A stretch of DNA of 24,000 nucleotides from Actinomycetes bacterium. GTDB taxonomy: Bacteria; Actinomycetota; Acidimicrobiia; Acidimicrobiales; Acidimicrobiaceae. Both the position numbers and the translations under genes were made by a program. The notes beneath the pieces are model-generated. The model was given only the letters and a program-made list of their open reading frames with translations, was not told the DNA's origin and made no database searches. Position 1 is the first letter of the stretch. Every line of letters starts with the position of its first letter. Below, piece by piece: positions 16,985 to 23,741 of the stretch. The stretch is taken from assembly GCA_021785005.1 (NCBI GenBank), contig JAJYGT010000128.1, positions 1,361-25,360 of the forward strand, written 5' to 3'.

Positions 16985-17620
16985 CTAGCCAGGGGTCAGT
17001 GCGACGTTCCTCATCTCAATGGTGTTTTGCACTGTGGTGCTTGGTTGGTTTGCATACGGCTGTATCGTTGCATTGATTCCGATGGATTCGATTGCACTAC
17101 TCGAGCCAGAATTCAAAGGTGGCGGAAGATATGTGAAGACGTTGGCTGATGTTAGGTTATTCACGGAATAACGAAGAGTATTATTTGACCCAATAACGTA
17201 TTCGTCGAAACTGCAAGGACAACTTGTGGAAGCAGTCGTATTAGGACAGGTCGTGGATGGCGTTGAACTTGAACTTTGGACAATCATACACACGGTGATT
17301 GGATTACCAAGGGAATCAACGGTGTAGAACTCAAGCTGGCTTGGAGTATTGTAAATGATCGGACTGGCACTAGCTGTTGGAATAACTGCATTGCGGATGT
17401 CGAGTGCTATGCGATTGAAAGTGACCATCGCACTCGAAGTCGCTTGAGTATTAGATGCGACAGATTTCTGCACGGTCTCAAAATTGCTTATCACGCTGAG
17501 AACAGTGATGGTAATGAGTATAAATATCGACGAAGCGACGCTTAACTCAATCAGGGATAACCCTGAATCTTTGTCAAGTCGTCTTCGCTGAGTTTTGAAT
17601 TGCTTTACAAATTTTCTCAT
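16985..17620 (-). CDS. Prepilin-type N-terminal cleavage/methylation-domain protein (PilW/GspJ-like minor pilin)
   Basis: 211 aa. It has a class III signal: a basic leader ending ...DKDSG, then LSLIELSVASSIFILITITVLSV with Glu at +5 relative to the predicted G|L cleavage site. Confidence 0.78.
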   Translation of the reverse strand: MRKFVKQFKTQRRRLDKDSGLSLIELSVASSIFILITITVLSVISNFETVQKSVASNTQATSSAMVTFNRIALDIRNAVIPTASASPIIYNTPSQLEFYTVDSLGNPITVCMIVQSSSSTPSTTCPNTTASTSCPCSFDEYVIGSNNTLRYSVNNLTSANVFTYLPPPLNSGSSSAIESIGINATIQPYANQPSTTVQNTIEMRNVALTPG

Positions 17621-17628
17621 TTACAATC

Positions 17629-19023
17629 CTATGAGTTGACTGTTATCGTCACTGGTGCCCCTCCAGGCGGGGTATTCGTCGCGTCGATGATAGATGTTGT
17701 TGGCGCGGTTGGCGCACTTGATCCAGCTGTTACGGCTGCGAGAGCAAAGTAGCCATTAGGCAGATTTAGTACTGCGTTTCCGTTTGCATCCGTTGTGACT
17801 GGTATTGCTATGGGAGAAGGTGTGCAGCTCGACGTCGAGGTTAGAGTGGGATATTGCCATACATAAACAGAAAGTGCGGTATTGGCCGCTACAGGCGTTG
17901 AACTCGAGTTGACAAAACTGGCAGCAAGCGTCGAATACGCAAGATTTGCTAGATTTGAGGTTCCTCCAGGGGTCACGCTAACGGACAATGGTACTGTACT
18001 CGCGGGCGAAAAGCCGGTGCAAGTACCAAGCCACGTTTGGTAACCGCTCGTTGCTGGAAATATCGCTGGGGAGGTCTTGAAGTTGTCAGACGACACGGTG
18101 AGTGCGAGTGGTGAATCTCCCTGCGTGGTGAGGTAATTATTGTTGGCTGACAGGCCAAACTCACTGGCAATTTGGGTTTGTGGAGCACCTTGTATCTCCA
18201 AATATGAACCTTGGTCATAAGTGAACTGTAGTGCCGAGGTAACTCCCGCGGAGACAGTAGTCGACTGAATGGGATTGGGTATATCTGATTGATCCACATA
18301 GACTGAGTCTTGGTCAGAGGGCGCTGAGATAGTTACCTTGTCAGGTCCTGAAGATGACGGCGATACATTAGGGAAAAATGCACAACCATTTACATCGGTG
18401 GTGGAGGAAGACTGGACTAAACCATTTGAGTCCTCTAAGGTAACTGGCACTGTTGCTTGAGGGAGTCCGGCCGCATTTACCACCGATACTAAAACGCTAC
18501 CGTCAGACCCTCCGAAGAGGCTTGACGGGGCATTTAGAGCTTCAGACAGTGTAACGGGTTGGGACAATCTTTGATTTGGCCAGGTTACAGCTATTGCTGC
18601 TTCTAAAACCGGTGGCGTGCTGGAGGCAGAATAACCGCTTGAGAAGTTGCTCGAACATCCACCTTGTGCAAAATTAGAGGATGACCACGAAAGTGTAGTC
18701 TTTACAGTGTAATTCATCTGGCCGACGTTAACGGTGCTTGAACTAGACGCAGAGGCGGTACTGGCGGTTATCGAGTAGTTGGAGAGCAACGTCGAAAAGT
18801 TACCCTGAGCCTGGGCTCGAATTTGTTCCATTTGCTGAGTTGCTAGATTTGCCGCAACCACGCGGTGTTGGTTGTCACTCGAAATTGCCAACGTATTTTC
18901 AATTAGGTCAGCTGCTGGAATTAAGGTGAGCAGTATTAGCACGGACGCGATTACTACGCCGATGATGCTCATTCCATCGTCAGTAAGACTTTTATCGTAC
19001 GGGCAGCGCGCCGCTGTTTTCAT
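17629..19023 (-). CDS. PilV-like minor-pilin-like protein with large Ser/Thr-rich extracellular region
   Basis: 464 aa. The leader MKTAARCPYDKSLTDDG is followed by MSIIGVVIASVLILLTLIP, a hydrophobic helix with Gly rather than Glu at +5. Then comes AANLATQQMEQIRAQ, resembling PilV. Internal segments resemble small beta-sandwich modules (VSVVNAAGLPQATVPVTLEDSNG...DVNGCAFFPNV; VTTDANGNAVLNLPNGYF). No obvious RBS precedes ATG 19023. Confidence 0.55.
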   Translation of the reverse strand: MKTAARCPYDKSLTDDGMSIIGVVIASVLILLTLIPAADLIENTLAISSDNQHRVVAANLATQQMEQIRAQAQGNFSTLLSNYSITASTASASSSSTVNVGQMNYTVKTTLSWSSSNFAQGGCSSNFSSGYSASSTPPVLEAAIAVTWPNQRLSQPVTLSEALNAPSSLFGGSDGSVLVSVVNAAGLPQATVPVTLEDSNGLVQSSSTTDVNGCAFFPNVSPSSSGPDKVTISAPSDQDSVYVDQSDIPNPIQSTTVSAGVTSALQFTYDQGSYLEIQGAPQTQIASEFGLSANNNYLTTQGDSPLALTVSSDNFKTSPAIFPATSGYQTWLGTCTGFSPASTVPLSVSVTPGGTSNLANLAYSTLAASFVNSSSTPVAANTALSVYVWQYPTLTSTSSCTPSPIAIPVTTDANGNAVLNLPNGYFALAAVTAGSSAPTAPTTSIIDATNTPPGGAPVTITVNS

Positions 19024-19541
19024 GTGGATCGTATCGGTAATAATAAATTTTTTCTTTAGGGGATAGATGCCGACAAACCGTTACGATTGGTTCGCTAGAT
19101 CAACAAGATACGAAAAATTTCCTACACGGTTAGTCGAAAGCATGAAATTATTGGATTGATAACCATAAAGGTCACGTTGGAACCCACGATCGAACTGACT
19201 TATATCATTATTGCCTCAAGACATAGCGTTAGAGAGATTGTCTAAGGCTGTCTTTTGTCGAGCGCTCACTCTATAAATAGCTCTACAAGGAACGGAGCAG
19301 TACGCAAACAAATGCGCGTTTAGGTGAAGACGCACTCACCCTAGTTGAGAGAAGAGTTCATCTGACTTTCTTGTCAAGTTCCTCGGTACGGGAAGAACTT
19401 GGTTTTCTTGGTAAGAGTTGTCTGATTAGACGCGAATCGAGCAAGTGACATTGATTTTCGTTTTCAGTTGGCAGGCTGGCACAATATAAATTACACGTCA
19501 ACGACGGTCGAACGACCGAACGTTACCACTTTGTAGTTTCG

Positions 19542-20864
19542 TTAGCTAAGTAACAGCGCAAGGAGTGGTGCTGGCACAGCCCAGCTTGGATAGTCTAAAT
19601 CAAGGAGTGATTTGGTGGCGATAATACCGTGGCCGTATTTTGCTTTCATGCTTTTAGCTCCTGCTCGCCAGCCATCATCAACCCATTTGGATTCAATCGG
19701 TGTCGTCGTTGTACTTCCGCCGGCAGTCGGGATACGAATCGGCGCGAAGTCAATCTCGTTTCCCGACCCCGTGCGTGCATACCCGATCGTGTCACCAGCA
19801 ACCCATCGTCCCTCGTCTAAATTGTCTATAACGCGTGCTAGCGCGATTCCAAGAGCTGCTTCGCTCAATTTGGTAAAGTCGGGGATGGGTAGCCCAGGAC
19901 TAACAATTGCTGGACACCACGCTAATAACGGGTCTGTAAGGTACAATTTACTTTGTGCGCCGACAACGACGTAACCGCTATCGTTACGTTGGTGACAGCG
20001 CAAAGCTGCGTGAGAGTTAATGAGTCTTGTAACGCGTGTCGTTAAGGCTTCCTTACTTGCATAGCCTAGGGCTTGACTGGTAGCGGTAATATTCAACTGG
20101 CTCGTCATACGTTTGGCGATCTCAGCAAGCAAAAGAGGAACGGATTCAAGGGGGGCGTCGGGGTCGACATCGGATCGTAGCCACGCAATTATATCGCGCG
20201 CGTAAGCCTCAGACACTCTTCCGTGTCGCTGATGTTCGAATACTGCCCGCGGAAATCCGCCACAGATGAGGTAATCTTGCCAAGCTAAATCGTAAGCATC
20301 GAGGTTGAAGTTGATCGGGCGAAGTTCTTGTTTGGCGGAGTGGCTTTGCAGCATGGAAGGATGGACACTTGCAGGTCGGGGGAGTTCAGGTCGGGTAGCT
20401 TGTAGGTAGTCTCGGAAGGTCATTGGCAAAAGCTGTCTGATTCGACGCCCTGGAGCAGTACCTGCTCGACCTGCAATGAGATTTCCCTGTACGTCTTCAC
20501 CGCTTGCCCACCGGCTTCCAGTTATAACTACAGAATCGTCACCGAATGCCGTTGCGTCTCTTGCTGCTTTAATTGTGCTACTCCAGCCTTCAATTGCACT
20601 AATTTCGTCGAAAAACCAGATTCGTGAACGAGGCTCCGGGAAATCAATGGATTGTGTAATTGCTCGGCCAAGCTAAAGTGCGCGACGCAGATCCCGATCT
20701 CGCATTTCATCGCACGGGACGTATATAATTTGCCATGGATCTATTCCTGGCGTATTACAAAGGTTGACGATTGCGTCTAGTAGCGCTACTGACTTTCCAA
20801 TTCGGCGCGGACCCGTGAGAATTACGAGTTGCCCATCGGGTAGATTCTTGGAGATATCCGACAA
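19542..20864 (-). pseudogene. AAA+ ATPase (AAA_14 plus DUF4143-type C-terminal region) interrupted by an in-frame TAG; probable pseudogene
   Basis: ORFs 20673..20864 (Walker A LTGPRRIGKS) and 19542..20429 are in the same frame. I translated the gap by hand and it reads LGRAITQSIDFPEPRSRIWFFDEISAIEGW... (Walker B IWFFDE) with no further stops. The only break is TAG at 20673-20675 (cta on the + strand). The 5' end also looks short: a TTG start, a stop 15 codons upstream and no ATG or GTG between them. Confidence 0.75.
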
Positions 20865-21034
20865 TATGCTTGTGCGGTACCCGAGGTCATAGCTGGCACG
20901 ATCTCTAAGAAGTCGATTTGATCTAGTCCATGCTGTAGGATTTGTACCTGTGGCCGCTGCCCTCCACCAGGGGTTAGCTTCTTCCAGTATTCACCGTATT
21001 TCGTCGTCTCTCATGCAACTATCTTACACTAGTT

Positions 21035-21120
21035 GCCCCAAACTGGGTGGGGTACAGAGATGAGATAGCCCCAAACGGGGTGGGGTACAGAGATGAGATA
21101 GCCCCAAACTGGGTGGGGTA
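21035..21120. repeat. 33-bp tandem direct repeat, 2.6 copies (GCCCCAAAC[T/G]GGGTGGGGTACAGAGATGAGATA)
   Basis: Copy 1 is 21035-21067 and copy 2 is 21068-21100, with one T>G difference. Copy 3 is partial (21101-21120). Each unit contains the CCCCA...TGGGG inverted repeat and G3/G4 tracts. The array lies ~170 bp upstream of the ATPase pseudogene start. Confidence 0.9.
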
Positions 21121-21224
21121 TGATTTAGAGGTTGACAAAAAGTGCGTGAAATTGGTGCTTGGACTCACACCCAGGGGTTTGACACGACGTTTGGATCCAT
21201 AGCATAACGATCGCAGTTTTTGGC

Positions 21225-21248
21225 AGGGTAAGACCTTTTACTAGTATC
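21225..21248. repeat. Left copy of an imperfect ~24-nt direct repeat (AGGGTAAG-N7-ACTAGTATC)
   Basis: agggtaagaccttttactagtatc matches 21938-21960 (agggtaagccgttcactagtatc). An exact 8-mer and an exact 9-mer are separated by a 6/7-nt partly matching spacer. Confidence 0.6.
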
Positions 21249-21937
21249 TCGCCCGGGATATCCGAGAGGAAATGGAGTAGGTCTCACGTAATCGAGGTGA
21301 CAAAAGACCGCTGATGTGCTCCCCCATGCACATTGTGTGGTTACCGATTTCGCAACAGGACGACTAGGACATCAGGGAGAACGTCGAATTATCAAGAATT
21401 TTGCTAGCGAGCATTTTGCGCTTCAACAGCGACTGTTAATAGTTTTACTACATGAGATCCAATGGAGAACTCCAAAACTGCGAGTAAAATTAGCGGGACC
21501 TGAGCTGAAATAGTTTTCGCTTGCATTGTTCTGCACGGTCTCCGGTGTTGTATTTATCAAACGGAACGTAGTTTCGACCTTAGTCGCGTTACCTCGTCGC
21601 CCGGTGAGAGAGGGCGCTGGTTTACGTGGGAAAATTTGTTTCGGATTTTGCGGCGGATTCAATAAGCACGAAGTTTCTGCATTATTGGATACGAAGTTCG
21701 TAACCTTGAAATTTATCCCATTGCGGGCTTGGGTGTATCGTCCACATTACTGGTAGTGTGCCGAGTTATGTGCAAATAGGCCACAGAATCTTTGGACTCT
21801 CGTTATCTTGGGAGGCGATTTAGGAACCGGCAGTACCAGGGTACGACTTCGCGCAAGATGTGACCAGTATTACACAGATATTTGGCACCACTTCTGGGGG
21901 TTGTTAAATGGGATTTCATTTTGCAAACTGACGATGA

Positions 21938-21960
21938 AGGGTAAGCCGTTCACTAGTATC
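21938..21960. repeat. Right copy of the imperfect direct repeat (AGGGTAAG-N6-ACTAGTATC), just upstream of the rnhA RBS; may contain a TAGTAT -10-like element
   Basis: See the left copy. It ends 14 nt before AAGGAG (21975-21980) and 26 nt before the rnhA TTG start (21987). Confidence 0.6.
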
Positions 21961-21986
21961 CGTTTGGTAGAAGCAAGGAGATCGCA

Positions 21987-22460
21987 TTGGATTCAACCCC
22001 TGAAGTGGTTATTTACACTGACGGTGCCTGCAAAGGCAATCCGGGACCCGGAGGATGGGGTGCAATATTGAGATTTAAGGACAAATCTCTTGAGATATTT
22101 GATGGAGAATTGCAGACCACGAACAACCGAATGGAGCTGACGGCTGTCATTATGGCTCTTTCTTCACTAAAGCGATCGTGTTCGGTCCAGCTCTACACGG
22201 ATTCCAAATATGTACTTCAAGGCGCCACAAACTGGATAGAAGGCTGGAAGCGAAATAACTGGATGACCGCGTCCAAAAAGCCCGTAAAAAATGTTGATCT
22301 ATGGAAAAAGTTGGCCCCAGAGTTGGCTAGACATAAAATCAACTGGAGATGGGTTGAAGGTCATACTGGGGTGCCAGACAACGAACGTGCTGACCAGCTT
22401 GCTAATGCGGGAATTTTACTTGCGCAAGATCGCGAACATGCAAAAAATGCCAGATCTTGA
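21987..22460 (+). CDS. rnhA: Ribonuclease HI
   Basis: 157 aa. Motifs: [45 protein letters not shown]...W.WV.GH.G...NERADQLA. These match the canonical RNase H type 1 catalytic DEDD context. TTG start 6 nt after AAGGAG. Confidence 0.95.
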   Translation: MDSTPEVVIYTDGACKGNPGPGGWGAILRFKDKSLEIFDGELQTTNNRMELTAVIMALSSLKRSCSVQLYTDSKYVLQGATNWIEGWKRNNWMTASKKPVKNVDLWKKLAPELARHKINWRWVEGHTGVPDNERADQLANAGILLAQDREHAKNARS

Positions 22461-22658
22461 GCTGCGCGGATTTCAACCAATTGCTAAAACTATCTCCAAA
22501 AACATTTGGATTAGCGTCGGGTGTTCTGTTATTTCGGTGCGCTAGGCAAGGTTTTTTGGTCAAATAACTTGAAATCGAGCATGCGAGGACGAAGTCTCAC
22601 TTACGCCACTAATTTGCACGTTAACTTGCGTCACATTGCGGGATTTAATGTTAATTTT

Positions 22659-22853
22659 TTACCATTGGGAATGATTTTTTGAATGCATATTTGTCTGCTT
22701 TTTTTGTGCGATAACAGCAATTTTGGTAATGGAATATCTAGTGGTCCACGCAAGTTGTTTTGGTGTAATCTTGTGACACTTCAGGATGAGATACTCTTGT
22801 CTGGGTGTTGACAGGTCCCGAATATGAACATTCAAAATATGGTGGTCGGTCAA
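22659..22853 (-). CDS. Putative small HTH protein (LuxR/GerE- or sigma-70 region-4-like), possibly a gene remnant
   Basis: LSTPRQEYLILKCHKITPKQLAWTTRYSITKIAVIAQKK aligns by eye with the L(T)xRExEVLxL....T.KEIA..L.IS..TVK pattern of GerE/LuxR or sigma region 4. The frame stays open upstream to 23009 with no ATG/GTG/TTG, and that stretch includes a second ELKAIKIYRRFG segment. This may therefore be the 3' relic of a longer gene. The local context is AT-rich. Confidence 0.4.
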   Translation of the reverse strand: MTDHHILNVHIRDLSTPRQEYLILKCHKITPKQLAWTTRYSITKIAVIAQKKQTNMHSKNHSQW

Positions 22854-23425
22854 ACTTAAATTAATGTAAAACTGCGTAAAAGTGGCCAGTTGGCACTTGA
22901 GCGATGCCCCAAAGCGGCGATAGATCTTGATTGCCTTTAGTTCCTGTAATTTTAGGATTTGGATGAACGAAGCATAATATTGATTATCAACAAGTGCATT
23001 AACACCCGGCTAAAGAGAGTATTGATCAAGATGCAAGGATTTATCAAATGGCTATAGTAATGCAAATGCAGACTTTGATTATGTAAGATTGGCGCATCTT
23101 GACAATTGTTTTGGGAGATCATGGCCGAGTTTCTAGGAGTGGATCGGTACAGAAATCTCCTTCGATATTTCTCGGGCGGGGGAGCAAACCGAACTTCGTG
23201 TCACGCACTTGGGTCTGGTGCCCGAGTTCGAGTGCTTCGATGCGTGTTCGAGTGGATGGACTTTTTCATCAACGGCAGTCTCAAAAGTCTGATTACTACG
23301 GGCATGGGGTCGAGTGACCTTTGGTTACCTGCCCAGCACGTAGTGAATTTGACGCTACTTATGGAGATATTCTTATTTCATCAAATTGAAATTTCTTGCT
23401 TGATTGGATAAGCAGTCAAGTTTGT

Positions 23426-23544
23426 TCTTTAAATTGGGTGCGTTCTTATTGGGAAAATGGTCGATATCTCACGCTGAAAATTCTTCTTTAAATGTTCAAT
23501 TATTTGGGTGAATTTAAAGCCGTGCATTGGGAAAATCTTTAAAT
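23426..23544. repeat. Cluster of short AT-rich repeats: TCTTTAAAT x3 and ATTGGGAAAAT x2
   Basis: TCTTTAAAT occurs at 23426, 23485 and 23536. ATTGGGAAAAT occurs at 23448-23458 and 23526-23536. All copies are exact. Confidence 0.6.
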
Positions 23545-23550
23545 TTCACC
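23507..23550. repeat. Inverted repeat / hairpin GGTGAATTTAAAG-N17-CTTTAAAT(T)TCACC
   Basis: The left arm is 23507-23519 and the right arm is 23537-23550. That gives 13 bp of complementarity with one bulged T. The loop contains one ATTGGGAAAAT copy. No U-tract follows on either strand. Confidence 0.5.
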
Positions 23551-23741
23551 TGTATGACTGAAAAATAGCTTATGACTGATTTCGTTGCACAGTTTGGGGG
23601 AAACCTCATCTGCTTGCACGCGAACTTACGGCAAAGGCTGCTTGGCCGATTACGAGGCGGACTGCGTCTAATAATTTCGATGACGTAGGTTGAGAGTGTA
23701 AGTGCAAAGGACAGGTCGGTTTGTGTGCTGCGTAGGCTTGG

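Noticed and set aside
4821-18299. Internal or antisense ORFs within hydrogenase, hyp and pilin genes (e.g. 4821..5096, 5511..5915, 11959..12282, 12230..12487, 14258..14575, 15757..16083, 17276..17545, 17973..18299)
   Set aside because: Each lies largely or wholly within a longer ORF with strong family motifs or operon support. None has its own RBS or a recognisable domain.
1361-19023. Functional coupling of the hydrogenase cluster with the adjacent pilin-like operon (conductive-pilus style electron export)
   Set aside because: The two units are convergent, not co-transcribed. The hydrogenase is predicted to be cytosolic. The pilin-like proteins are large Ser/Thr-rich minor-pilin types, not short aromatic-rich major pilins. 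Adjacency alone is not evidence.
20673-20675. In-frame TAG in the ATPase gene as pyrrolysine or programmed readthrough
   Set aside because: No pyl genes, suppressor tRNA or recoding signal is visible in the window. Other genes here terminate at TAG normally, for example hypE at 15246-15248. A nonsense mutation or sequencing error is more parsimonious, but the sequence alone cannot exclude recoding.
20476-20710. ORFs 20476..20676 (+) and 20528..20710 (-)
   Set aside because: They overlap the continuous ATPase frame, which carries a clear Walker B region in this interval. They are alternative-frame artefacts.
21035-21120. Possible mini-CRISPR array, because of the ~33-bp repeats with internal dyad symmetry
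   Set aside because: The copies are directly adjacent with no unique spacers between them. There are only 2.6 copies and no cas genes in the window. It is a plain tandem repeat.
21121-21986. Known housekeeping RNAs (tRNA, tmRNA, RNase P RNA, SRP RNA) in the ORF-free stretch
   Set aside because: I found no T-loop GGTTCGA(A/T)TCC-type motif, no tmRNA 5'/3' acceptor signature and no RNase P GAGGAAAGTCC-like core. GAGGAAATGG at 21267-21276 is only a superficial resemblance. A novel RNA is not excluded.
21316-22071. ORFs 21316..21513, 21423..21662, 21526..21756 and 21808..22071 in the gap before rnhA
   Set aside because: They overlap one another on both strands. They have no Shine-Dalgarno, no recognisable motif and implausible compositions (Arg/Cys/Phe-rich). 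The last runs out of frame into rnhA. I treated the region as non-coding.
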